From positions 1 to 63,581 of the forward strand of contig CAIRMX010000042.1 of assembly GCA_903879805.1 (NCBI GenBank): a stretch of 63,581 nt of DNA. Reading direction: 5' to 3'. The notes below the pieces were generated by a model. It saw nothing but the letters and a program-made list of their open reading frames with translations, was not told where the DNA came from and searched no databases. Below are positions 16,731 to 29,516 of this stretch, piece after piece (the stretch's first letter is position 1; each line of letters begins with the position of its first letter). Source of the DNA: an uncultured Alphaproteobacteria bacterium. Lineage in GTDB: Bacteria; Pseudomonadota; Alphaproteobacteria; Rickettsiales; UBA1997. The position numbers and the translations under genes were made by a program.

Positions 16731-18161
16731 ACAACCCCTTCCACCAGCATTAAATGAAAATTGATTTAATCGAGATCCGTCTAATTTTCTGACAAAATTT
16801 GCCTCATCAACAGGAGTGCATTTAAAAACTGTCCCAGGAAGTACCCTCTGAGAATCTCTTGACGGCAGATCTTTTTCTCTTTGCTGCACCTGATCTCTAC
16901 CTTCAGAAGAAGCCGTAGGAATTCTCTCAATCATCTCTCTCAAACTTGGATTTGCAGTGATTACCGCATTTCTGGTATCTGGATTTGCCCGCTCTGACAA
17001 AATTGCCGTTAAAGAATTATTGCCACTCGCCGCCGCAATTTCCACGACCGTTCTAACGCCATCTTCTTTGTGATTAACATTAGCACCATAGCGCACCAAT
17101 AAAAGCGCCAGAGTTGCTTGTCCATTTTGCACAGCAGAAGTAAGCATTGAATCCAAACCTTTCTCGCTCAAAGAAATTCCTAAAATTTGCTCTAAGGCCG
17201 TTCTCTCTGTTGATCTATCTTGTTTTGGCGCTTGCGATTGCTCTTTTGCAGTTTCGACAATTTGGGTTTTTTCCTTTTCTGATTCTTGTGAAATCTTAGC
17301 CTGAGCTTGCTCAGCTTCCTTCTTTGCAGCTCGCTCTTTTTGATTTGCTGCAGCTTGTCTTCTCAAATTATCACGAATTTGCAACATGCCGATTTGGTGA
17401 AATTCTAACGCAATTCCTGCTTCGATAATTTGACTTTGCTCTCTGGCTTGGCGCTGCACTTCTTTCTCAGCTGCTTGCTCTTGTGCGTTTGGCTTAGAAT
17501 CGCCGCCACTTTGTTGTTCTTGTTTTTTTGTACCAATTTCTCGACCACCTCTTTCGCGGCCTCGACCACCTTCTTCTCTTTCTATTTCACTTTTTTTATT
17601 GCCCGCATCTTTGAAATCTTTTTTGGGAATATTAACTCCGGCTTCCACCAATTTTTCTAAATCTGCCGCTTTAGCCAAATCATTCTTTCCCGAAATCATC
17701 GTTGCAGCCACTGGGCTTAAGCCATTTTCACCCACCTCATTAAGCTTTTTTCCCAGATTATATTTGTCTAAAAAATCTGAAAATTCCTTCTTGGTTTTAT
17801 CTATCGGCTTGTTGGAAGCACATGAAATAATAAAAATTTCCTGCGCTAATTTTTCAACGCGCTGTTCTCTTGCTTTTCTTTCTTTGCGTTTTTTTTCCTC
17901 TTCTTCGCGCGTTCCTTCTGTGGTTGTTTCTTGTGCTTTTTCTTTAGTGACCTGCTCTTCCATTTGACGAAGTTCTTGCACATATTCCCGCGACTTTCTT
18001 GGCAACGCCTCCAATATTTGCACGACTTTTGGATTTGCTTCTTTTGGATTTGGCAAAACAAAATCAGCCGCCGAAAAACTCGCAGCAAAATCTTTTAAAT
18101 CTGTCAGATTTTGCGCAAATTCTAAATCTTCTTCCTGTGAAAATGGATTAGATTTTGTCAT
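16695..18161 (-). CDS. Ankyrin-repeat protein with long E/K/R/Q-rich charged regions
   Basis: 488 aa. ANK-like units [32 protein letters not shown] and [57 protein letters not shown]. The ATG overlaps the lysK 3' end by 14 nt. Confidence 0.75.
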   Translation of the reverse strand: MTKSNPFSQEEDLEFAQNLTDLKDFAASFSAADFVLPNPKEANPKVVQILEALPRKSREYVQELRQMEEQVTKEKAQETTTEGTREEEEKKRKERKAREQRVEKLAQEIFIISCASNKPIDKTKKEFSDFLDKYNLGKKLNEVGENGLSPVAATMISGKNDLAKAADLEKLVEAGVNIPKKDFKDAGNKKSEIEREEGGRGRERGGREIGTKKQEQQSGGDSKPNAQEQAAEKEVQRQAREQSQIIEAGIALEFHQIGMLQIRDNLRRQAAANQKERAAKKEAEQAQAKISQESEKEKTQIVETAKEQSQAPKQDRSTERTALEQILGISLSEKGLDSMLTSAVQNGQATLALLLVRYGANVNHKEDGVRTVVEIAAASGNNSLTAILSERANPDTRNAVITANPSLREMIERIPTASSEGRDQVQQREKDLPSRDSQRVLPGTVFKCTPVDEANFVRKLDGSRLNQFSFNAGGRGCSSNAQSTNFRN

Positions 18162-19722
18162 TTATTAATTTGATAAAATTATCGATGCCAAAAAGCGCAA
18201 TGAACGAACCCATGCGCGGGCCTTGGTCTGAGCCAAGTAAGATTTGGTACAAAGCTAAAAACCAGTCGCGCATATTTTTTTCGTAGCCGTGATTTTTACC
18301 AACTTGGAAAACTAAATTTTGCAATAAAGCGCCGTCATTTTTTTGTTCGTCAGTGGCGTTTTCTATCACTTCAATTAGCTCGTGAAGCGCTGATTTTTCT
18401 GAATCGGTGGCGTGACGATATTTTTTATTTTTCTTAATGAAGTCGTCATAATAGTTAATCGCATTTGCCACCATTTTTGCCAAAAGCGGTGAATTTTCTT
18501 TTGAAAAACCATCCTGATATTTCGAAATAAAACCCCAAAGCACCGAGTCATTTTCAGGGTTGCAAGCGCTCGCCAAATTCAACAAAAGTGAATAAGTTAA
18601 ACTAAAATTAGTTGTTGGAACTTTTCCTGAGTGAATGTGGAAAGCAGGATTATCAAGCTGCGCCGCCTCTTCTTGTCCGGCGAAAGCTGCAGCAAAAGTT
18701 AAATATTCATCCATCGCTTTTGGGATCACGTCAAAATAAAGACGCTTTGCTGTCTTTGGTTTTTGATACATGAAAAGGCTCATCGATTCAGCTGGTGCAT
18801 ATTTTAACCAATCTTCAACCGAGATGCCGTTGCCTTTGGATTTAGAAATTTTTTCACCGGTGTCGCTTAAAAACATTTCGTAAGTGAAATTGACCGGAGG
18901 CACACCGCCCAAGATTTCACAAACTCTGCGGTAAATTCTTTCGTTAGGTTGGTGATCTTTTCCGTAAATTTCGTAATCAACTCCAAGTCCAAACCAGCGC
19001 GCACCGAAATCGATTTTCCACTGCAATTTGCAATTGCCGCCAGTTACAGGAATTTCTTTTTCAGCGCCATTTGCGTCTAAATAAATGACAGTTCCTTTGG
19101 CTTTGTTGATGCCTTTAACGCCTTTATCGATAACGATGCCAGATTCTGGATCAATTGGCATGAATGGGCTGTAAGTTTCTTGACGCTCGGCGCCAAGGCT
19201 TGGCAACATCAAATCCATCAACTCTTCATATTTTTCAAGCACACGCAACATTGTAGAATCAAAGGCGCCGGACTTATATTTTTCAGTGGCGCTGATGAAT
19301 TCGTAATCAAAACCAAATGAATCTAAAAAAGCGCGAAGACGCGAATTCATGTTGTGGCCGTAAGATTCGTGAGTGCCGAAAGGATCTGGCACCGAGGTAA
19401 GTGGACGACCCAAATTAGCGCGCACCATTTCTTGCTGCGGCACGTTTTCCGGCACTTTACGCAACCCATCAATATCGTCAGAAACACAAAACATGCGCGT
19501 TGGAATTTGCGGCGCGATGCAAGAAAAAGCGTAACGCACGAATGCAGTACGCACCACTTCACCAAAGGTGCCAATATGCGGCAATCCTGATGGGCCGTAG
19601 CCGGTTTCAAAAAGCACGTAGCCTTTTTCAGGAGTCTTGCCGCCAACTTTTTCTAAAATTCTGCGCGCCTCTTCGAAGGGCCAAGATTTGGATTCGATGT
19701 AAGATTTTTGTGAAATATTCAT
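18148..19722 (-). CDS. lysK: Lysine--tRNA ligase, class I
   Basis: 524 aa. Class I signature PSGLPHIGTFGE (HIGH-type) and KISKSKGNG (KMSKS-type). The length and layout fit class I LysRS rather than class II. Confidence 0.9.
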   Translation of the reverse strand: MNISQKSYIESKSWPFEEARRILEKVGGKTPEKGYVLFETGYGPSGLPHIGTFGEVVRTAFVRYAFSCIAPQIPTRMFCVSDDIDGLRKVPENVPQQEMVRANLGRPLTSVPDPFGTHESYGHNMNSRLRAFLDSFGFDYEFISATEKYKSGAFDSTMLRVLEKYEELMDLMLPSLGAERQETYSPFMPIDPESGIVIDKGVKGINKAKGTVIYLDANGAEKEIPVTGGNCKLQWKIDFGARWFGLGVDYEIYGKDHQPNERIYRRVCEILGGVPPVNFTYEMFLSDTGEKISKSKGNGISVEDWLKYAPAESMSLFMYQKPKTAKRLYFDVIPKAMDEYLTFAAAFAGQEEAAQLDNPAFHIHSGKVPTTNFSLTYSLLLNLASACNPENDSVLWGFISKYQDGFSKENSPLLAKMVANAINYYDDFIKKNKKYRHATDSEKSALHELIEVIENATDEQKNDGALLQNLVFQVGKNHGYEKNMRDWFLALYQILLGSDQGPRMGSFIALFGIDNFIKLINDKI

Positions 19723-19725
19723 AAT

Positions 19726-21039
19726 TTAATGTGTTTTTAAAAATTTAATTAGATCGGTTTTTTGCAATTTAAAATCATTTGCCGCCCAGAATTTTTTAGC
19801 CATTTCGATGGCCTTTCCAGCAGCTTGCCCCGTGAATCCAAGATTAATCACATCTTCACCACCTATTGGAAAATTTGGTAGGGAAAAGTTTTGCAAAAAT
19901 TTAATATTTTTTTTGGAGTTAGAATTTTTTTGTAGGTCGGAATTTTTGGCTAAAGAAAGTAAATACAAATCGAGTACAAGATCTTTGTCGGCAAAAGCTA
20001 ACAGTTGTTTGAGATCTCCCAGTCCCAACTCAAACCCACTGGACCCCGTCGTGAAGACGGGGTGACAAACTCTAGTTTGAGTTCCGTCTCGCCCCTCTCT
20101 CGGTGTCACCCCGTCTTCATGACGGGGTCCAGTCAACGCACTCAAAACATACAGAAAATATTTCTTTTCCAGATTTGTTGCGCAAATTTCTTGAGCAAAA
20201 ATTTTTAAATCGATTTCTTTTTGTAGAAATAATACCGCGATTTTTAGGTTTTGCGTGGCTAAAAATTCAAACTCTTTTTCTAAGTTATAAAGTCGCTCCA
20301 AAGCTTCAATATCAAGCTTTGAACTAAAAATTGAATCAGCAATTTTTTGCTCTTTAAGAACTTTTAAAACCGCGATTAAATTTTCTTTTTTCGCACTCAA
20401 AAGCATTTTTAAAACTTCAGCGCGCACTCTTTCTTTCGATAATTTTTTCAGGTTTTCTTTTTCGATCACGCAAGCATCTAAACCTTGCACATCAAGCTCT
20501 GCAGCATATTGGCAACTAAATCTGAAGAAGCGCAAAATGCGCAAATAATCTTCTTCGATTCTAGTTTTTGCCTCACCGATGAATCTAACTTTTTGCTTTT
20601 GAATATCAGAAATTCCATCGAAGTAGTCGCTCACCAAGCCAGCCGAATCAAGGTAAAGCGCGTTAATTGTAAAATCGCGCCTCTGTGCATCTAAAAAATA
20701 ATCACTGACAAATTCTGGCTCACAATGACGCCCATCAGTTTTGTCATCTTTGCGCAAAGTAGTAATTTCAAAATTCTTGCCAGCAACCACCGCCGTGATC
20801 GTGCCAAATTTGACGCCGGTTGGAATCGCCTTAATTTTATTTTTATTAATAATTTTGATGATTTCGTCAGGCAAATATTTTGTGCAAAAATCAAAATCAT
20901 GAACTTCTTTTTGCAACAATAAGTCGCGGACCGCACCGCCAACAATGCGGATTTCTTCACCGAAAATTTGGAAAAGAGTTTTTACTTCTGGGGAAAATTT
21001 TTTGATTAACTCTGGATGCGAGAAGGTTTTTGGCTGCAC
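19726..21039 (-). CDS. cca: CCA tRNA nucleotidyltransferase / poly(A) polymerase family protein carrying an in-frame palindromic element
   Basis: 437 aa with a GTG start. Motifs IVGGAVRDLLL, DFDF and RRDFTINALY. Residues LTGPRHEDGVTPREGRDGTQTRVCHPVFTTGSSG are encoded by the repeat at 20038-20143. Confidence 0.85.
   Translation of the reverse strand: MQPKTFSHPELIKKFSPEVKTLFQIFGEEIRIVGGAVRDLLLQKEVHDFDFCTKYLPDEIIKIINKNKIKAIPTGVKFGTITAVVAGKNFEITTLRKDDKTDGRHCEPEFVSDYFLDAQRRDFTINALYLDSAGLVSDYFDGISDIQKQKVRFIGEAKTRIEEDYLRILRFFRFSCQYAAELDVQGLDACVIEKENLKKLSKERVRAEVLKMLLSAKKENLIAVLKVLKEQKIADSIFSSKLDIEALERLYNLEKEFEFLATQNLKIAVLFLQKEIDLKIFAQEICATNLEKKYFLYVLSALTGPRHEDGVTPREGRDGTQTRVCHPVFTTGSSGFELGLGDLKQLLAFADKDLVLDLYLLSLAKNSDLQKNSNSKKNIKFLQNFSLPNFPIGGEDVINLGFTGQAAGKAIEMAKKFWAANDFKLQKTDLIKFLKTH
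20038..20143. repeat. Palindromic element, family 1, architecture A, inserted in frame in cca
   Basis: actggaccccgtcgtgaagacggggtgacaaac ... ctcggtgtcaccccgtcttcatgacggggtccagtcaacgcactc. The layout is the same as 15347-15442. The reading frame is maintained through the element. Confidence 0.85.
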
Positions 21040-21852
21040 TAGATTACCGTCAAAAACAAACCCAACTCGTCAGCTTTTCTAATCACCTCAGCCTTATCTA
21101 AAACCAACGTAGAGTTAGCTTGAATCGCAATGCCACCAATTCCCGAGGCAAATGCGTTTTTAATCGTTTCAACACCAATCGTTGGCATATCTGCTTTCAT
21201 GCTTTGTTTGGCTTTTTTCATTTTCAACAACACCGCATCTTTTTTGTAATCAACTTTCAAAGTGGCACATCTTTTAATCATCTCGTCAGTGCCTTCCAGC
21301 GCTTCCACCGCAATGATTTGCTTTTGTGCAATTACTAAAGATTGCCCAACATCAAAATTAGAAAATGACTTAATCGCCTTCACACCAAGCGCAATATCTT
21401 CGAGATTTTCTTTACTTGGCTGATGGCGGGTAAGCGTTGATTTTGCTGAGATCACACAATCTAACAACTCATCAATTCGCAAAATTTTTAAACCTTCTTT
21501 TTCAAAAAATTTAATCACTGCACGTAAAACCGCGTCATCTCCCAAAATTTTATTAGCTAAAATTTTAGCCAGCAAAACCGCGCCACGCTTATCTACTTTT
21601 AGTGACGAAAAATTTGGTTTAGTAACGCCACCAATAAAAACTAAATTCTTAATTTCATTTTGATGAATCGCTGCCAAGAATTTTTCAACCTCGCCATAGC
21701 CCACAGTTATTGGGTTAAAAGCCGAGTAATCAATTTCATAAACCTCACCTTCCAGCAAAAATACTAAAAATTTGCGACCTTTTTTTTGGCAATCTTCAAT
21801 CAACATTTTTGGCAAAGATCCGCGTCCGGCGAAAATTGCAAGTGAACCCAAA

Positions 21853-21863
<11 letters not shown>
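21039..21863 (-). CDS. lpxI: UDP-2,3-diacylglucosamine pyrophosphatase LpxI (DUF1009 family)
   Basis: 274 aa. Motifs LAIFAGRGSLP, FIGGVTKP, DVGQSLVIAQKQIIAVEALEGTDEMI and GIGGIAI. The stop overlaps the cca start. Confidence 0.8.
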
Positions 21864-24344
<2,481 letters not shown>

Positions 24345-24345
<1 letters not shown>

Positions 24346-26117
24346 TAGTATTTTCTGATTTGAAAGTTGAGATTGAGTTCGGGGGTTTCTGATAGGCTTC
24401 TTACAGGCTTGGTTGAAAATTCCAGATTAGTTTCTGCTAAGCCAGACATTTTTACGAGGCTGTGGGCGCAAAAATTTTCATCGTCACGCTTTTCAAAGTC
24501 GGAGCGATAATGCGCCCCGCGGCTTTCGCGACGATTTAGCGCTGAAAAATTGGCAGCAAGTGAGTTTAAAAATAAATTCTTCAACTCGAAATAAGCGATG
24601 AGTTCTTCGTTCCAGAGCAGAGTTTTGCTGGTAATTTTGTAGTTTTTGAAAATTGCAAAAAGTTGCAAAGTTTTTTGCAAACCTTCTCTCAACAATTCTT
24701 CTGTGCGAAATACTCCGAGATTTTTTTCGTTATTTTCTTGGAGTTGGCGTTTGATTTGAGATAGACTCACGTCTGAATTCGCGCCAAAAATCTCTTTTAA
24801 TTTTTCAATCTTTCCTGCGGCAATTTTCTCCGCCAAACCTTTCGATTTTTCAGAAATTTTCTGCGCCGCTTTTTCACCAGCGATTTTTCCAAACACGATC
24901 AAATCAAGCAGAGAATTACACCCCAAACGATTCGCCCCATGCACTGAAACACAGGCCGTTTCACCAATTGCCATTAATCCCAAAACTTCTTTTTCGCCAT
25001 CAAGCACCATGCAATCCAAATTTGTTGGGATGCCGCCCATGGTGTAATGAGCAGAAGGCGCTACGGGAATTAAATCTTTTTTTACATCCAAACGGGCAAA
25101 GTTTTTTACTAATTCAACGACACCGGGAAGCTTATTTTTCAGCACTTCGTCATCAATGTGGCGCAAATCTAAATTGAGAAAATTTTTGTTTTTTCCGGCC
25201 CCGCGACCATCGTGAATTTCGGCTGCCATTGCTTGCGAAATCACGTCGCGCGACGCCAATTCCATCATTTTCGGCGCGTAATTTTCCATGAAACGCTTGC
25301 CTTCCGAGTTAAGCAAATAGCCGCCCTCGCCGCGCGCCGCTTCGGTGATTAAAAAGCCATTACCATGAATTCCGGTTGGATGAAATTGCACAAATTCCAT
25401 ATCTTGCAGCGCCAGACCTTCTTCAAAAACTAAAGCCGATCCGTCGCCACTACAAATCAATGATGAGGTGGTGTTGTGATAAATTTGGCTGTAGCCGCCA
25501 GTTGCTAAAATGATGATTTTGCTTTCGAAAATTACTAACTCGCCAGAATTTAAATCAATCGCCAAACAGCCGTGGCATTGGCTTGATCCTTCCATCAAAA
25601 GATCACTAACAAAAAATTCTGAGAAAAATTTAACGCCACTTTTTAGCGCTTGTTCGTAAAGCGTGTGCAAAATTGTGTGGCCGGTTTTGTCTTTAGAATA
25701 GCAAGCGCGGTAAGCCAAATCGCCTTGTCCGAAATTAGTGGTTTGAGCACCGTAAGCGCGTTGGGCAATTTTGCCATTTTGGTCGCGCGAAAAAACCACG
25801 CCCATTCTTTCAAGCGCCAGAATTGCTGGTTCGGCTTCACGGCAAAGCAATTCAACCGCATCGGTATCGGCCAAATAATCGGCACCTTTTAGCGTGTCGT
25901 AAGCGTGCCATTTCCAATTGTCATTTTGAACATTGCTTAGCGCCGCATTGATTCCGCCTTTGGCTGCAACCGTGTGACTATTGGTTGGAATAACTTTGCT
26001 AATCACCGCAATATTTTTGGCGCCAGAATTAATCGCCGAAATCGCCGCCATTAATCCAGCGCCGCCCGAGCCAATAATAACAATGTCGAATTGATGTTTT
26101 GAGGTTTTAAAATCCAC
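24345..26117 (-). CDS. sdhA: Succinate dehydrogenase / fumarate reductase flavoprotein subunit
   Basis: 590 aa with a GTG start. Motifs [25 protein letters not shown] (covalent-FAD His), [14 protein letters not shown] and RGAHYRSDF. No sdhB, sdhC or sdhD is adjacent. Confidence 0.88.
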
Positions 26118-26195
26118 TTAGGAAAAATTAGGAATTAAGAATTAGGATTTCACAGTTTAGAGTTTTTTCATCGATAATTCAAACACTCTTTTACT

Positions 26196-26945
26196 TTGAT
26201 CAAAATCATTTTCTGCGCTTTAGACGAAGCGCAAAATTTAAAAAAATTACTGGTTAATCTTAGTCACGAAATGCAAATTTCGCATCCCGACTTTGAAATA
26301 ATCGCCTGCCTTGATGGCAGCAAAGACGACTCTTTCGAGCTGCTTTCGGCTTTTGCTAAATTTCATCCGGTTAAAATTTTACCACTTAAAAATGAAAGAG
26401 GTTTGGGTCTAGCTTTTAAAAGACTTTTTTTAGATGTGATCGAAAATTCTGCTGATGATGATTTAATAATTTCTCTTGATGCCGACAATACTCACAATCC
26501 GGAACAGATTTCGGAGATGATCGAGCATTTTCAAAAAAATAATCTCGATTTACTTGTGGCGTCGCGCTTTTGCAGCAAAAGCACCATGAATGATTTTCCG
26601 CTGCGACGCAAATTAATCAGCAAATCAATTTCTATTTTGCTGCAGAATTTATTTTCAGTGCGGAAAATTTCTGGCGAAAAATTGCAAGATTTCACCAGCG
26701 GTTACCGCGTTTACAAAGCAGAAAAATTAAAAAAACTTTTTGCCCAGCAACAAAATCAATTCATCACCGAGCCAGAATTTACTTATACTTGCGAGCTTTT
26801 GATTAAATTAGCGCGCATCAATTGTCGCACTGATGAAATCGCCATTTCTTATGACTACGGAAAAAAAATTGGTGCCAGCAAATTACGCCTCATGCGAAAT
26901 TTTTGGCGACTAATTATTCTACTAGGAAAGTTGATGAAGAGATAA
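26196..26945 (+). CDS. Glycosyltransferase family 2 (polyprenol-phosphate sugar transferase-like)
   Basis: 249 aa with a TTG start. GT-A fold markers CLDGSKDDS and SLDADNTH (DxD). Confidence 0.7.
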   Translation: MIKIIFCALDEAQNLKKLLVNLSHEMQISHPDFEIIACLDGSKDDSFELLSAFAKFHPVKILPLKNERGLGLAFKRLFLDVIENSADDDLIISLDADNTHNPEQISEMIEHFQKNNLDLLVASRFCSKSTMNDFPLRRKLISKSISILLQNLFSVRKISGEKLQDFTSGYRVYKAEKLKKLFAQQQNQFITEPEFTYTCELLIKLARINCRTDEIAISYDYGKKIGASKLRLMRNFWRLIILLGKLMKR

Positions 26946-27023
26946 AATCTTGCCAAAATATTTTGCCTTACGTTAAATCCCTATCCATTACACCTCACAT
27001 TCAACTTTAACTTCCCCCAAAAA

Positions 27024-28304
27024 ATGATACAAAAAAGAAGAGTTGTCGTCACCGGCATTGGTGCTGTGACGCCTTTATCAGCAACTGCTGAAGGCACTTG
27101 GAAAAAACTCATTAATGGCGAGTCAGGAATTGGCAAAATCAGCCTTTTCGACACTACTGATTGCCCGTGCAAAATTGCCGGCGAAGTAAAATATGGCGCT
27201 GAAGGCGACACTAATCCTGATCTTTTTTACCTCGACAATTTCGTTGACCAAAAAGAACAAAGAAAAATGGATCGCTTTATCCATTTCGCAGTTGCTGCCG
27301 CAGATCAAGCAGTTGCTGATTCTGGCTGGATTGCCGAAACTGACGAACAAAAATATCGCACTGGAATCATGATGGGTTCTGGTATTGGCGGACTTCCAGC
27401 CATCGAAAAAACTACTATTCACATGAAAGAAAGAGGTGTGAAAAAAATCACGCCATTCTTCATTCCTTCAAGTTTGATCAATTTAGCTTCCGGACAAATT
27501 TCAATTAAACATGGCTACATGGGACCAAACCATGCCGTGGTTACCGCTTGTGCTTCAGGAACTCACGCCATTGGCGATTCTGCTCGCATGATTGAATATG
27601 GTGACGTTGACGTAATGATCGCCGGTGGCGCTGAATCAGCAATTTGCGAAGTTGGCGTTGGTGGGTTTGCGGCACTACGCGCACTTTCAACTGCTTTCAA
27701 TGATAATCCTACTGCCGGATCTCGCCCTTGGGATAAAGCCCGCGATGGTTTCGTAATGGGTGAAGGCGCTGGTGTTGTGGTTTTGGAAGAATATGAACAT
27801 GCCAAAAAACGCGGCGCTAAAATTTACGCTGAAGTTGTCGGCTACGGAATGTCGGGTGACGCTTATCACATCACGGCTCCCGAAAGCACCGGACGTGGTT
27901 CAACTTACGCTATGAAATTGGCTTTGAAACATGCGGGAATGAACCCTGAAGATATCGACTACATCAATGCTCACGGCACTTCAACACCACTTGGTGATGA
28001 AATTGAAGTGAACTCAGTTAAGAAAATTTTTGGCGATCACTCTTACAAACTTTCAATGTCTTCAACCAAATCAGCAACTGGTCACCTTCTTGGTGCGGCT
28101 GGTGCGATTGAAGCGATTTTCTCTATTTTGGCAATGCGCGACAATGTCGCTCCTCCAACCTTAAATTTGGAAGATCCATCTGAGGGCTGCGACATTGATT
28201 TAGTCGCAAAACATGCCAAGCAAAGAAAGATTGATGCTATCATGTCTAACTCCTTTGGCTTTGGTGGAACCAACGCTTGTCTAGTTTTAAAACGTCCTTC
28301 ATAG
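27024..28304 (+). CDS. fabF: 3-oxoacyl-ACP synthase II
   Basis: 426 aa. Active-site motif VVTACASGTHAIG, plus NAHGTSTPLGD, SSTKSATGHLLGAAG and NSFGFGGTN. Confidence 0.96.
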   Translation: MIQKRRVVVTGIGAVTPLSATAEGTWKKLINGESGIGKISLFDTTDCPCKIAGEVKYGAEGDTNPDLFYLDNFVDQKEQRKMDRFIHFAVAAADQAVADSGWIAETDEQKYRTGIMMGSGIGGLPAIEKTTIHMKERGVKKITPFFIPSSLINLASGQISIKHGYMGPNHAVVTACASGTHAIGDSARMIEYGDVDVMIAGGAESAICEVGVGGFAALRALSTAFNDNPTAGSRPWDKARDGFVMGEGAGVVVLEEYEHAKKRGAKIYAEVVGYGMSGDAYHITAPESTGRGSTYAMKLALKHAGMNPEDIDYINAHGTSTPLGDEIEVNSVKKIFGDHSYKLSMSSTKSATGHLLGAAGAIEAIFSILAMRDNVAPPTLNLEDPSEGCDIDLVAKHAKQRKIDAIMSNSFGFGGTNACLVLKRPS

Positions 28305-28305
28305 C

Positions 28306-29361
28306 ATGAAAAAAAGACTCTTCACCATCTGCGCCGGTTTCTCTGCTGTAGTTTTTTGTTATCTGCTTTTGCTGCTTAGCGTAATTATGTATTTTAACGC
28401 GCCGAACAGCTATCATCGCGATGATAAAAGATTCATCATTGAAAGCGGCATGACGCTACGTGAAGTTGTTGAAAAACTACATAACGACAAAATCGTTAAA
28501 AACCCGACTGCCTTTCTTTACATTGCTCAGCTAATTAAAGGCCTAGATCCAAAAGTTCGTTACGGCGAATATTTCTTCGAAAAAAACATCTCTTACTACA
28601 AAATCCTCCACAAGATGACGAAAGGTAATATCTTCTTTCGTAAAGTTACCGTGGCTGAAGGTCTTTCCAGCAACAGCGCTCTTTATGCTATCGATCACGC
28701 TAATGGTTTGATCGGACAACTTCCTGAGCGCATTAAAGAAGGCACTCTTCTTCCCGAAACTTATTTCTACTCTTACAACGACACCAAGATCGGCGTCGTT
28801 AAACGCATGCAAGACGCCATGCAAAGAGCAATAAACGAACTTTGGGAAAAGCGCGATTTAACAATTCCGGTTAAAAGCAAAGAAGAAGCTTTGATTCTTG
28901 CCTCAATCGTTGAAAAAGAAACCGGCATCGAATCAGAAAGACCAAAAGTCGCTTCCGTATTCATCAACCGCTTGCGCAAAAACATGAAGTTGCAATCAGA
29001 TCCAACCACCATTTATTCCTTTACCTTTGGCGATAAATCTTTGGAAAGACCAATTAAAACTAGCGACCTCCAAAATAACTCACCTTTCAACACCTACCAC
29101 ATTTTCGGCTTGCCACCTGCCCCAATTTGCAATCCCGGACTTGCCTCAATCAAAGCCGTTTTGAATCCGATTCAAACTGATTTCATCTTCTTCGTGGCCA
29201 GCGGTAGAGGCGATCACGCTTTCTCTGCAACCCTACAAGAGCACAATGCCAATGTCGCAAGATATCGCAGCATCATGCAAAGCAGAGAACAAAAAGCTCC
29301 GGCTGCAGAAGGCGCTGCAGCTCCTGCAGCACAACCAAGTGAAGCTGCTCCAGCCAATTAA
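28306..29361 (+). CDS. mltG: Endolytic murein transglycosylase MltG (YceG-like)
   Basis: 351 aa. N-terminal TM helix, LILASIVEKETG (catalytic Glu region), SPFNTYHIFGLPPAPICNPG. The tail is Ala/Pro-rich. Confidence 0.88.
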   Translation: MKKRLFTICAGFSAVVFCYLLLLLSVIMYFNAPNSYHRDDKRFIIESGMTLREVVEKLHNDKIVKNPTAFLYIAQLIKGLDPKVRYGEYFFEKNISYYKILHKMTKGNIFFRKVTVAEGLSSNSALYAIDHANGLIGQLPERIKEGTLLPETYFYSYNDTKIGVVKRMQDAMQRAINELWEKRDLTIPVKSKEEALILASIVEKETGIESERPKVASVFINRLRKNMKLQSDPTTIYSFTFGDKSLERPIKTSDLQNNSPFNTYHIFGLPPAPICNPGLASIKAVLNPIQTDFIFFVASGRGDHAFSATLQEHNANVARYRSIMQSREQKAPAAEGAAAPAAQPSEAAPAN

Positions 29362-29372
29362 TTAACTCCCCC

Positions 29373-29463
29373 TCTGGTGTGTCACTCCGTCGAATGACGG
29401 GGTCCACAGTGCCACAAACTCAGTAACGAAATGGACCTCGTCATTCGACGGGGTGACACCGAG
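29373..29463. repeat. Palindromic element, family 1, architecture B
   Basis: ctggtgtgtcactccgtcgaatgacggggtccac ... tggacctcgtcattcgacggggtgacaccgag. The same modules as in architecture A are present, but with the opposite relative orientation. It lies between the mltG stop and the addA start. Confidence 0.8.
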
Positions 29464-29516
29464 AATGAAAAGTGACATTGGAGTTTGCGAGAAAAGAACA
29501 AACATCTCAAAAACTC

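Noticed and set aside
17430-18088. ORFs 17430-17660, 17599-17967 and 17846-18088 inside the ankyrin gene.
   Set aside because: These are shadow ORFs within or antisense to the charged low-complexity region of the 488-aa gene.
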